Shown here piece by piece: positions 1-9,576 of a stretch of 31,943 nt of DNA (positions within the stretch are counted from its first letter, which is position 1; each line of letters starts with the position of its first letter). Origin of the DNA: a virus. Lineage: Duplodnaviria; Caudoviricetes. A program made the translations under genes and the position numbers. The stretch spans positions 1-31,943 of IMG/VR virus record IMGVR_UViG_3300038675_000236, one strand, 5' to 3'. Under the pieces are notes generated by a model that did not search any database, was not told the DNA's origin, and was given only the letters and a program-made list of their open reading frames with translations.

Positions 1-3000
1 TCCTGATCCAGCATCAAATATGACCTCTCCTTCGCTGTTTTTATAAATTGCCATATTTGGACCAGCTCGAAGTGGAATAATAGTCTCTTCTGAATCCGCA
101 TCTGTGAATATTAAATACACTCCTTCTTCATACTCTTCCGTAGTAAGAGTATATTCCCCAACCACGCTTGCTAACTTATGACGTGTACCAGATTCATCTG
201 TATAATAAAGAAAAGCCCCGTCATATTCAAAAGCTCCTTTCTCAGGGCTATCTAATAAAGTACCACTTGTAAACTTTAAAGGGGCGTTATTTTCCCCTCC
301 ATCACTCGCCATAATATGAAAATAAGCAGTTGGTAAAATTCCAACTCCTACTTTTCCAAAAGCAGCCCCTCCGTTATAGGCTAGTACTACATTTTCTCCT
401 CCTGTTTCAGAACCTCCTACATTCCCTCCACCACATATATAAACATTACCTCCTCTGCGCCAAAAACCAACCCCTGCTTGTATAAGAATATCCCCACCTC
501 TTCCAGTATCCGCTATATCCGCCATAGAAGCTCCTTTCAATTGAAAGTCCTTCCCAGCGTCTATAAGCCATTCCGAATAAGTTATTAAAGTATCCGTTAT
601 TTCCTTTACCAGAGTTTTCTTAATACCGGCCTTGCTGAATTTAACAATGTAATTCTCTTTGCCATGGAAATTAAAACCAACCCCTATCAATGTCCAATTT
701 ATTCCATCTGATTGAAACCAAAATACAGTCCCATCCTCCGAAAAATAAAAAGCCCCATCGCTATCAGCCCCTTCAATTTCCCCTGCCCCTAATGTAACCA
801 CCCTTACTACATTCGTAACGTCTAATGCTTTAATCCCATATACTCGACGTTTACAAATTTCTGGATCAGGTAAAACTACTTCTACATCTTCTGTAGCTCC
901 TGTTACGCTAACAAAATGATCAAATTCGGTTAATATTACCTGACCCATACTATCGGCAGTAGCGAAAACAATGCTAGAACCTTTTGAGCCTTCTACATCT
1001 AATGTTGATAAAGGAGCTTGTTCAAAATCAGAATCTTCTGGGTTTTCATCTTCTGCTAATCCAATCCGAACCCAATCTTCATGATTTTTTGGATGTAAAT
1101 AAGAACGATCTGAATCTTCCGTTCTCGACCAATTACAATCGCTAATTCCTCCTATATTTTTCCAATCCGTACCATCAGACTGGAACCAATACGTTCCAAT
1201 TTTTTCAAAATCTAATTCGCCAGAGCTTTCATCAGCTCCTTCTATTTCTCCTCCTACACTATTTTCTTCTACATAAGCATAAACTCTATTATCTACTCCT
1301 TCAACCTTAATTCCATATATTCTCCCTAGACAAATATTTGGAGGAGGGAATTGAATAGGATATTCCCCGGATTCTCCATTTACTAAAACCAAATAATGAT
1401 AAGCATCTAATATAAGAACTCCAGAGGAGTCTAACTCACCTACTTCTACGGTACTGCTTTGACTACCATTAATGGTAAACATTGAAGTAGGATTTGGCGT
1501 AGAATATTCATCCACATACTCTCCGTCTTCTGTTTCCGTAGGTCTAGTAGATCCCATCAAAATAGAATGGTTGTTTCCTACTGGAAATATAGTACCAGTG
1601 GCTTCATTTATTTGCCAAGGAGAAATACCACCGTTTTTTATGCCCAAATCTACTGATTTTTTCTCCCTTTGTTCTTTACGAAGTAAACTAGGACGAGTTT
1701 CAGCCTGAGAAGTAAAATTAGAAGGTAATAACATACCTTTTAATTCTTCTGCCGATAAATCTATTTGACATGCTTTAATATCATACTCAGCATCTAATGG
1801 CAGAAATAATCTTTTATCCGATATTACAGGAATTTGTAATGAATGATGATAATCAAACTGCCCATATAACCGCCCTCGAAAAACGCTAGATGGAGTTTCA
1901 TTTTCGTCTTTCCAACGAGCAATCCAATCCATTAAAGATATTTCTGACCCATCCCCTGTACCTACTTCCGACCAAGTACTAGTTCCAACAAAATTAGGAT
2001 TAGATATGATTTGAGAATCCCAATATCGAGTATTCAATAAAGAATGATATGCCGCAAACATATTTGTTACATGTACATCGAATAGGGGCTTATCTGCTAA
2101 TGGAATGGTATATTCTACATTTACTCTATTATTTTCATTTAATACATATTCCTGAACATAATTATCTGGAAATCTAATTTCAGTAGTAGTAGAAGAATCC
2201 GTTTTAGGAACTCCTCCATACTTCATTCTTATATTGTTAATTCCAAAATAGGCAACTCCAGATGGCAGAGTAAATGCTTTCGGTATATGATACGGCTGGT
2301 ATATGGATACATAATAATATGCACCCTCTTCCGTGTATGGAGTTCCTGCTATATATTCTACAGGCGGTATGAAAACAGAGACCGTATTTAAATTTTCTAA
2401 ACTCTCCACCAAAGGAACATCTACTATCCCAATGTAAGGGTATCCATCAGCAGGCCATACATTTACCCCATGAAGTCTATATAAAACCCACCCATTAACG
2501 GACATGGAAGATAAAGTAGAAAGAGACCACTGTGTATTTTTGCGAGTATACACATAAATAGTATCGCTTTGAGGGATCACGTAAAACAATGAAATCTCAA
2601 AACCAAAAATAGGATTACCACTACTAGCCTTAATTACAGCACCTACATCTATGTCTAAAACAAAACCATCTCTTTCGTCCTTTCTGGCAGTTATTGCCCT
2701 GGAACGTAGATAATATAACTCATTACGTGGTTTTTTATTTAATACTGTGTAGTCTTGACCTACTAAAATATACTCAGATCCAGATTTAATAACTTTAAAT
2801 CCAGCAGCTTGAGGAAATTCAGGTTGCCATGCATTAGGATCAGACAAAGTCCAATAAATTGGAGGACCAACTATTTCTGTTTTAGTTACCGGATCAGAAA
2901 TAATATACTCAAATCCATTTGCAGGGAACAATCCTCCTAATAATAAGTTAGGTCTTTTACCATAGTTTTGAATTATTTTAACATTTCTATACCCCGGTGT

Positions 3001-3960
3001 GCTTTCTTCTGTTCCACAGAAAATAATTTTCCAATTTTCATCTTTTCCTACAAATAATCTAGGATCATAAACAGAATTAAACCATACCGTAAGATCTGTA
3101 TTACTAGAATCATAATCTTGAGAAGCGTACTTAAATACTCTATACGCAATACTTGGATTAGTTCCCCAATCTGGATATTTTAAAACAGGATATTTAAATT
3201 CTTGATTTCTAGCAATCCACCATTTAGCACCCGATTGATAAATACGACAATTAAATGTTAAACATATTTTTTCTAAAACCTCATACACGGAATTAGGTTC
3301 CATTTCCTCATCTAAGAAAGCAAACTCATCAATATATAATTGATCTAATGGATCGTTAGTACCCTCTCGATCCATTGTTTCTTCATATAAATTTATAGCC
3401 GATACGATAGGAAGTCGTAAACGAATTGCCGCAAAACATTTGGATATAACATTTATTACTTTTTCACTACGATTGGTATAAATAGTCCCATGATCTACAT
3501 AAGCATAATCAAAATTTTCCAAATTTCCAATACGATCAGAAGCTTGAATTGTATAAGTGGCATTTATTTTCAACTCCCGACTATAAGTATCCGTAAGCAC
3601 AAATCCTACCCACCATATATATTGTCGTTCTTCATCAGTAACACTTCTATAATCTTTAAAAATTACACTCCAATCATCTTCTCCTACCAATGGATTTTTC
3701 CATACGCATACCAATAAATCATCTAAGGCCGCATTTCGCAACCATGTCATATCTTCATTCGAGACATAGGTTAATGTTGCTTCAGATCCTACAATAGGTT
3801 TTAATCCATCCCCACTCCAACGAACCGTAATAGGAGTACTTCCCATTGGTACTTCTTTCGCTTCTCCAGAATAATTACGATCCCAAATAACAACTGCCCA
3901 AGGCAATCCCTTTTGGTCATAAAAACGAGTATATATACGAATATTACCTAAACTAGTCAT
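1..3960 (-). CDS. Large tail tip/hub-fibre protein, >=1320 aa, 3'-truncated by the window edge (not in the supplied ORF track)
   Basis: ATG at 3958-3960, 9 nt after the tape measure stop. Manual translation shows no in-frame stop down to position 1: MTSLGNIRIYTRFYDQKGLPWAVVIWDRNYSG...YEVLEKICLTFNCRIYQSGAKWWI...; distal part has two copies of a WFQSDG-W domain and fibre-like GKVGVGILPTAYFHI...APLKFTSGTLLDSPEKGAFEYDG. Position directly after the tape measure. Confidence 0.85.
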   Translation of the reverse strand, partial: MTSLGNIRIYTRFYDQKGLPWAVVIWDRNYSGEAKEVPMGSTPITVRWSGDGLKPIVGSEATLTYVSNEDMTWLRNAALDDLLVCVWKNPLVGEDDWSVIFKDYRSVTDEERQYIWWVGFVLTDTYSRELKINATYTIQASDRIGNLENFDYAYVDHGTIYTNRSEKVINVISKCFAAIRLRLPIVSAINLYEETMDREGTNDPLDQLYIDEFAFLDEEMEPNSVYEVLEKICLTFNCRIYQSGAKWWIARNQEFKYPVLKYPDWGTNPSIAYRVFKYASQDYDSSNTDLTVWFNSVYDPRLFVGKDENWKIIFCGTEESTPGYRNVKIIQNYGKRPNLLLGGLFPANGFEYIISDPVTKTEIVGPPIYWTLSDPNAWQPEFPQAAGFKVIKSGSEYILVGQDYTVLNKKPRNELYYLRSRAITARKDERDGFVLDIDVGAVIKASSGNPIFGFEISLFYVIPQSDTIYVYTRKNTQWSLSTLSSMSVNGWVLYRLHGVNVWPADGYPYIGIVDVPLVESLENLNTVSVFIPPVEYIAGTPYTEEGAYYYVSIYQPYHIPKAFTLPSGVAYFGINNIRMKYGGVPKTDSSTTTEIRFPDNYVQEYVLNENNRVNVEYTIPLADKPLFDVHVTNMFAAYHSLLNTRYWDSQIISNPNFVGTSTWSEVGTGDGSEISLMDWIARWKDENETPSSVFRGRLYGQFDYHHSLQIPVISDKRLFLPLDAEYDIKACQIDLSAEELKGMLLPSNFTSQAETRPSLLRKEQREKKSVDLGIKNGGISPWQINEATGTIFPVGNNHSILMGSTRPTETEDGEYVDEYSTPNPTSMFTINGSQSSTVEVGELDSSGVLILDAYHYLVLVNGESGEYPIQFPPPNICLGRIYGIKVEGVDNRVYAYVEENSVGGEIEGADESSGELDFEKIGTYWFQSDGTDWKNIGGISDCNWSRTEDSDRSYLHPKNHEDWVRIGLAEDENPEDSDFEQAPLSTLDVEGSKGSSIVFATADSMGQVILTEFDHFVSVTGATEDVEVVLPDPEICKRRVYGIKALDVTNVVRVVTLGAGEIEGADSDGAFYFSEDGTVFWFQSDGINWTLIGVGFNFHGKENYIVKFSKAGIKKTLVKEITDTLITYSEWLIDAGKDFQLKGASMADIADTGRGGDILIQAGVGFWRRGGNVYICGGGNVGGSETGGENVVLAYNGGAAFGKVGVGILPTAYFHIMASDGGENNAPLKFTSGTLLDSPEKGAFEYDGAFLYYTDESGTRHKLASVVGEYTLTTEEYEEGVYLIFTDADSEETIIPLRAGPNMAIYKNSEGEVIFDAGSG

Positions 3961-3969
3961 AATGTTTGA

Positions 3970-6900
3970 TTAAGTACGTCCTAAAAATTTATACTCTTGA
4001 TCTAAAACAAATTTTAAATCTTTTCCCGATACTACCGCAGTAAGAGTGCGATCTCGATCTTGTTGCATCATATGAAATAACCCTTCAAATAATCTTATAG
4101 ATCCTGTTTCTCGTTTAAATCCATTATACGTGCCATTCATTATCCCTTCCGGGCTTGCTGCTATTTCTAAATCCGATAATTTAGGAATAAATCTTTTTAG
4201 ATCAGAAAAATAAGATTTGTTTTCTGTTAAAATATTTCTTTTTCCTCCTACTTGAACCCCATTAGCAAATGATGGAATTATCCCTTCCTCCAACAAGGCT
4301 TTTACCTGTTTAAAATTAAACACCCATTCCCCTCGTCCATCTTTAGCATCTCCAATCAATGCCAGGGTAGGTTTAGGAACATACGCCCCTTCTGCATAAC
4401 TAGGGACAGATGCAGAAGATCCTTCAAAAGGCCCTTCAGATAGCTTATTTTTAATGTAAGTCCCTAAAGCAATAGCGGCTACCCCAGCGGCAATTGCCAC
4501 CTCAGGATTAGTTGCAATCGCTTTTTTAAAAGCCTCCGTAAGTACTGCTGTAGCAATAATAGCTTTTCCTAAATCAATCAAAAAATCAGCTACTAATCCT
4601 AATAATCTATTGAATACCTCTTCAATAGATTCTGTTCCTGCTAACATACTTCCTACTCCTTCCCCAACAGCAACAATTGCATTTTGAGCAAATTGAGTTA
4701 ATGCCATCTCTGCGGCTTCTGCCGTAGATTTCATTCGTTCTTTGCGTCGGATATATCGTTCTTCTGCTTCAACCGCATAAATTTCTTCTAATATACGTTC
4801 CTGCTCCAAAACATCCTTAGTAGCCTCGTATTTTTCCCATAACATTGATTGATAATTACGTAACTGGCGCAAACTCAAAGATTTTCTAAACTCCATATTT
4901 GCTATTTCAGAATGCTTCTCAAAATCATAAAAAGCAATAGCAATATCTCGTTTACGAGATAAATACTCAGCCTCATTTATTTCCGCTCTTGCATACTGCT
5001 TATCAAGATCTTCCATTTGCCCTTCCATGGTACCCATTCTTTCTATATGTTCACGGGCTAAAGCATACATTTTATCATAATGCTCTTTAGAATTTTTCTC
5101 ACGTCGCTCATCTAAAACGGCTTGACGATTTAAATCATATTCTCCTTTTTCTTCCGCTAACCATATTAATCGTTGCTCTTCTTCAATGGCTATATTTTCC
5201 AATGCCCTTGACAAATCATCTCGATCATAGATTGTTTCTTCTGCATACCGCTCCGCTTTAGATCGCTCCAACGAAATCATAGCTTTACGATCAGCTAATT
5301 GCTTTTCGGCTTCAGCCTTCTTTTTCCTACTTACTTCTTTAGCAATTCGTAATTCTTGTTGAGCTTGTAAGAGGGCAATTTCCTCAGCCGCTTCTTTTTC
5401 TTGTTTCTTAACTCGAATAATAGCCTCCGCATTCTCTAATTCAATCTTAAACAAAGCATCTGTTTTTAATTCTTCATCCATAATAGTTCGCTCCACCGAT
5501 GCTTCTCGTAAAGTTTTCTCGGTTTCCAATTCTTTTAATAATAATTGTAGCCGTTGGTCTTTAGTGGATGACTTTTTAGTTGATTTGCCCGTTATTTGAT
5601 CAATTTCATCTTGTATTTCTTGAGCTTGTTTTCGTAAATCTGCTATCTTTTTATAATAATCCTCTTCTTTCCCTTCAATCTTTACCTCAATTTCTATGCT
5701 TTCTTCTATACCTATCAAGCTATTCCGAAGCTGCCTTAGATAACCTTCTGCCTTACCCCCTCCTTGCAATTTCTTAAGATCTTCAATATACATTTCTATT
5801 ATAGCTTTAGCATCTTCGCTTAAATTTGCCCAAGCTTCTTGTAAAGATATTAATGCTGATTCATGAACCGCCAATTCTTTATTTACTCTTCGTACATCTT
5901 TATCTACATTTTTATAAGGATTTTGATTTTCAGTCCCTAATGAATAAAACTCGTATTGTTTAAATAATGCTTGTTGGGCCAATAAACTAGTTTGTTGCTT
6001 TTTCAACTCCCTTACCGCTTGTTCTTCTTCCCTCATTTTCTCTGTTAAAGCAATGGCTTGCTCTTCTGCTATTTTAATAGCCGCGACTTCTTCTGATACT
6101 CCTAGAAACTTTTCATAAGCAGCCGTAATATCTTCCGTAGTACTTTCCAAAGTAAGTGATTCTCCTATTGAATCCTTCATTAAATCATTTAACTGCTTGA
6201 GTAGTTCTTTTCGTACTTCTAAAGATTGATTCCCATCCTCGGTTAAAATACCCACCAATACTTTGGCTTTAGCCGTATTTTCAGCAAAATATCTATTTCC
6301 TTCATTTTCAATATCTTTTAACATATCAGGGACACTAAAAGCCTCTTCATTTGCCTCTTTTTTAGCCTTCCTCAGTTTTTTAAATAAAGCAACCAAACCA
6401 GCAACAGCCGCTGCTACTAAAGCAATCGGGACTAATACTGATGCAAAAGATAAATTAGCGGCTGCTAAACCGGCCTTCATTGCAGCCATACCTTTAGTAA
6501 AAGTCTTAGTTATTATTTGAGCCGCCAAAATAGTTTTAAGATACTGTACCTTTATAGTACGTATTAATGTTAGCATAGCTATTTGAACCCAAATAATAGC
6601 TCGTTTAAAAGTAGTAAACAAATATATCAAAGTGGATATTCCCATTGCCAATGGTCCTAATGCCGCTAAAGTAAGCAAAGTCCATTTACGAAATAATTGA
6701 CCAGCTTCGGACGCTTCCTTCCACCGATTTCCTATTCTAACCAACATACCAGAAAGGGATTCATAAATAGGAAGAAGCCATTTAGAGACAACCTCTCCTA
6801 TTTGAATCATACCTACTTGCATTTCTGCTTGGGCAGCAGAATACTTCAGTTTCATAGTTTGTGCTGCCGTATCAAATCCATGAGTCAAAGCCCCAGTAGA

Positions 6901-7866
6901 ATCAGTTACTCGTTTCTGCAACCCAATGTTATATTCAAAGTTTTTTCCCGCCATATCCAATATCATAGTTAATGCTCTGATATTAGGGAATACTTTACTA
7001 GCTAATGTCTCTCCATAATCCTCCTGTAATTCTCTGATTTTCTGTAATAAAGGAATCATCCCCTGCTCCCCTAAAATAGATCGCAGTTCTTTATACGATG
7101 ATCCCATAGCGGATAAAGCAGCCCGCCCTTTTTCATTTTCTTTATATAATCCATTCAATACCCCTCGTAAATAAGTAGTAGCTTGAGCCGCACTAGAACC
7201 TGTAATAGTCATTGCGGCTACGGCAGCTGATACCTCATCAAAAGACATACCTATTTCAGAAGCTAAAGGCAAAACAGATCCTAAAACATTAGCAAAAGCT
7301 GATGCCTCGGCTTTACCTTCCTTAACAGCAGCTACTAAAACATCAGTCACAACAGCCGCTTTAAGTCCTTCTCCCTTATATGCAGCCAATACAGAAACTA
7401 CTAAATCTGCTATATTCTTAGTTTCCCCCAATCCAGCGGAAGCCGCTTTAGCTGATTGAGTAAGAATATCCATTGCTTCCGCCCCACGTACTCCAGAAGA
7501 AGTAATAAAATACAAAGCGTCTGCTAATTCTTTTGGGCCTTTACCTACTTTAGGAGCTAATTGTAATACCTCTTTACTCCACTCATTTACTTGACTTTGA
7601 GCTTCCCCTACCAAACCAACGATCATTTGCATAGACGCCTCATATTCATGGGCTAATTTAGTAACGGCTTTACCTGCTCCTGCCAATGGAAGGGTTAAAG
7701 TAGCTAATGATAAGTACCCAAAAGTACGCATTTTTTGAGCCGCCGTATCAAGACTAACTCCATACTTACTGTTAAAGCGTTCTAACTTTGCTTGGGCTTG
7801 TTCTATTTTTTTATTTAACCCACTTATATCTGCTTCAAATCGTACGAATAGGGGGTCTAATTCCAT
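3970..7866 (-). CDS. Tail tape measure protein (TP901-family core), 1298 aa
   Basis: Long Ala/Leu/Glu-rich helical protein; core GPKELADALYFITSSG...; hydrophobic mid segment; C-terminal PSYAEGAYVPKPTLALIGD motif; follows the chaperone pair; SD-like TAGGAG upstream. Confidence 0.93.
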   Translation of the reverse strand: MELDPLFVRFEADISGLNKKIEQAQAKLERFNSKYGVSLDTAAQKMRTFGYLSLATLTLPLAGAGKAVTKLAHEYEASMQMIVGLVGEAQSQVNEWSKEVLQLAPKVGKGPKELADALYFITSSGVRGAEAMDILTQSAKAASAGLGETKNIADLVVSVLAAYKGEGLKAAVVTDVLVAAVKEGKAEASAFANVLGSVLPLASEIGMSFDEVSAAVAAMTITGSSAAQATTYLRGVLNGLYKENEKGRAALSAMGSSYKELRSILGEQGMIPLLQKIRELQEDYGETLASKVFPNIRALTMILDMAGKNFEYNIGLQKRVTDSTGALTHGFDTAAQTMKLKYSAAQAEMQVGMIQIGEVVSKWLLPIYESLSGMLVRIGNRWKEASEAGQLFRKWTLLTLAALGPLAMGISTLIYLFTTFKRAIIWVQIAMLTLIRTIKVQYLKTILAAQIITKTFTKGMAAMKAGLAAANLSFASVLVPIALVAAAVAGLVALFKKLRKAKKEANEEAFSVPDMLKDIENEGNRYFAENTAKAKVLVGILTEDGNQSLEVRKELLKQLNDLMKDSIGESLTLESTTEDITAAYEKFLGVSEEVAAIKIAEEQAIALTEKMREEEQAVRELKKQQTSLLAQQALFKQYEFYSLGTENQNPYKNVDKDVRRVNKELAVHESALISLQEAWANLSEDAKAIIEMYIEDLKKLQGGGKAEGYLRQLRNSLIGIEESIEIEVKIEGKEEDYYKKIADLRKQAQEIQDEIDQITGKSTKKSSTKDQRLQLLLKELETEKTLREASVERTIMDEELKTDALFKIELENAEAIIRVKKQEKEAAEEIALLQAQQELRIAKEVSRKKKAEAEKQLADRKAMISLERSKAERYAEETIYDRDDLSRALENIAIEEEQRLIWLAEEKGEYDLNRQAVLDERREKNSKEHYDKMYALAREHIERMGTMEGQMEDLDKQYARAEINEAEYLSRKRDIAIAFYDFEKHSEIANMEFRKSLSLRQLRNYQSMLWEKYEATKDVLEQERILEEIYAVEAEERYIRRKERMKSTAEAAEMALTQFAQNAIVAVGEGVGSMLAGTESIEEVFNRLLGLVADFLIDLGKAIIATAVLTEAFKKAIATNPEVAIAAGVAAIALGTYIKNKLSEGPFEGSSASVPSYAEGAYVPKPTLALIGDAKDGRGEWVFNFKQVKALLEEGIIPSFANGVQVGGKRNILTENKSYFSDLKRFIPKLSDLEIAASPEGIMNGTYNGFKRETGSIRLFEGLFHMMQQDRDRTLTAVVSGKDLKFVLDQEYKFLGRT

Positions 7867-7877
7867 TATAATATCTC

Positions 7878-8237
7878 CTATTTGTTATTTTTATTCCGCT
7901 CCTTTTTCTTATCCTTTTTCTTCACATTTTTAAACGCTTTTTCAATTCTATTTAATTGAGATTCCATTTCAGAAAGATCTTGTTTTCTGTTTAAAATTTC
8001 ATCTACTTCCCAAGGAAATAAACCAATATCTTTTAAATTACGTAAAGGATGTTTTAATGATTTGCCCGATATATTAGTTAAATGAAGAACAATATATCGG
8101 GCCACCTCCCATTGAACCTTAAATTTATCTACATCCCTCCTACTAATATCTAATACCGCATACTTAAATTCAATAGGAGTTAAATCATAAAATAAATCCA
8201 CCGAATATCCAAATCGAGAAATAGCAATCCCACACAA
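7878..8237 (-). CDS. Tail assembly chaperone C-terminal extension (gpT-like), probably expressed as a gpG-T fusion by -1 frameshift
   Basis: TTG start without an obvious RBS; the frame stays open upstream to the slippery site at 8282-8288; FYDLTPIEF motif is typical of gpT-like segments; lies just before the tape measure. Confidence 0.8.
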   Translation of the reverse strand: MCGIAISRFGYSVDLFYDLTPIEFKYAVLDISRRDVDKFKVQWEVARYIVLHLTNISGKSLKHPLRNLKDIGLFPWEVDEILNRKQDLSEMESQLNRIEKAFKNVKKKDKKKERNKNNK

Positions 8238-8269
8238 CTCATTAAAGTTAATGTCTAATACTAATTCTC

Positions 8270-8614
8270 TTAGGGATTTAGCTTTTTTACCGGCTCTACA
8301 TCCCCTCCTTTTACTTTAAGTTCCTCAGCGCTAATAGACATATCTTCAAAGAACTCAGGAATCAGTCTTAAAAAATCAAAATAAACCTCATCCATAATTT
8401 TTTCCATATCATCCTTCGAGAAAGGAAATTCTTTATCCGTTTTCTCATACCCTTTCTTCAAAGCATAATATAACAATGTTTCATATACTTCGTAATCAGT
8501 CCCATCATCATCAGTGGAAAAACTACGACCTAAATCCAATTTCAAACGTTTTAAAGCATAATAAGAAATACGGATAGGTAACTCTTGGTTTTCAAATTTT
8601 AAATACCGAATCAT
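8270..8614 (-). CDS. Tail assembly chaperone (gpG-like), 114 aa
   Basis: Position between tail tube and tape measure; ends ...PVKKLNP and carries the A AAA AAG heptamer. Confidence 0.82.
   Translation of the reverse strand: MIRYLKFENQELPIRISYYALKRLKLDLGRSFSTDDDGTDYEVYETLLYYALKKGYEKTDKEFPFSKDDMEKIMDEVYFDFLRLIPEFFEDMSISAEELKVKGGDVEPVKKLNP
8282..8288 (-). other. Programmed -1 ribosomal frameshift site A AAA AAG
   Basis: Minus strand reads GTA AAA AAG in the gpG frame (X XXY YYZ); a -1 slip gives KAKSLRELVLDINFNELCGIAISRF, in frame with 7878-8237; SD-like AAGGAGG at 8304-8310. Confidence 0.85.
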
Positions 8615-8684
8615 TTTGATTAAAATTTTAAAAGATTTTTATTAAACTTACTCATTCTCAATTATTTAATTTACCAAAAATAAA

Positions 8685-8701
8685 AACCCATGATTAGGAT
8701 T
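8685..8701 (-). promoter_or_regulatory. Hairpin AATCC-TAATCAT-GGGTT downstream of the tail tube gene (terminator/processing-like element, copy 1)
   Basis: 17-nt stem-loop followed by T-rich sequence; 15/17 identical to the element after the major capsid gene. Confidence 0.5.
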
Positions 8702-8724
8702 CTCTTCTCATTACTTCATTACTT

Positions 8725-9180
8725 CTAATCTTCAGGACTACCCGTAGGTGATCCAGTAGAATCAGCATATCCACGAATCGGCTGTCCAGTGACTCGAATC
8801 GTTGTATTTGCTGTTACCTGACTGCCTACACTTGCACTTAACGGAACTTCCGTCACCAATCCTTGAAATTCTAAACTGGTGTGATCCATTGTTGGAAGTA
8901 CAATTGCATACCATTGCCTGTCATTAGATTCAAAATCATCCATCATTATCTCAAAAGTATCGTCCGTGAAATTCATAGTAAGACTTACAGTCCCACCATC
9001 TCTTAAATCCGGTACATACTCTCGATAACCTCCTTCAGAATCTAATGCGGTAACATCAATCATCTCACGAGTCATTGTAGGCCCATCAATAGCCGAAATT
9101 TCGGCTATTGCTTCCCAGGTGGAACTACCGTCCCACCTCCAAAATTTAGTACCCATACTCGATACCGCATTACTGGCCAT
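8725..9180 (-). CDS. Major tail (tube) protein, 151 aa
   Basis: IDVTALDSEGGYREYVPDLRDGGTVSLTMNF motif typical of siphovirus tube proteins; strong AAAGGAGG RBS; synteny. Confidence 0.9.
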   Translation of the reverse strand: MASNAVSSMGTKFWRWDGSSTWEAIAEISAIDGPTMTREMIDVTALDSEGGYREYVPDLRDGGTVSLTMNFTDDTFEIMMDDFESNDRQWYAIVLPTMDHTSLEFQGLVTEVPLSASVGSQVTANTTIRVTGQPIRGYADSTGSPTGSPED

Positions 9181-9183
9181 AAT

Positions 9184-9576
9184 TTACCTCCTTTGTAATT
9201 GAAAATTAATACTAAACATTACTCTATTGTTGTCATCCCATCCCAGTGTAGCAGGACCACTGGTACATAGAATAGACGAATATAAAGTCCCACCCCATGT
9301 TTCTTGTGCCCGTCCATGAAGTGAGTCCCTTATAGCTTGACATAATACATACCCATCCAAATATTTTTTATTTCGTACTCGGATTTGTACGGTATCATAA
9401 TTATACACCGATCCATCAAATGTCGTATGAGGGGGAGCCGTATTACTATCATAAATAGTTACCACATTATGTGGTTCTGCTGGTTCTCGCCCAATAAACA
9501 AGTTTGAGCCAAAGACCAATCCCAATTCGGTTTTGGCCTCTAACATCGTTCGTATATCTATGCTACCTGCGTTCAT
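9184..9576 (-). CDS. Tail terminator / tail-completion protein, 130 aa
   Basis: LFIGREP...VTIYD...VQIRVR...LGWDDNNRVMFSINF pattern; directly upstream of the tube gene. Confidence 0.75.
   Translation of the reverse strand: MNAGSIDIRTMLEAKTELGLVFGSNLFIGREPAEPHNVVTIYDSNTAPPHTTFDGSVYNYDTVQIRVRNKKYLDGYVLCQAIRDSLHGRAQETWGGTLYSSILCTSGPATLGWDDNNRVMFSINFQLQRR

Noticed and set aside
680-1640. Diversity-generating retroelement repeat pair in the tail gene
   Set aside because: Similarity is at protein level only and highly diverged, not adenine-specific, and no reverse transcriptase is in the window.
1-3960. Apparent 4-kb gene desert or stop-codon recoding at the left end
   Set aside because: Manual translation shows one uninterrupted standard-code minus-strand ORF lacking only its stop; TAG, TGA and TAA all terminate genes normally elsewhere.
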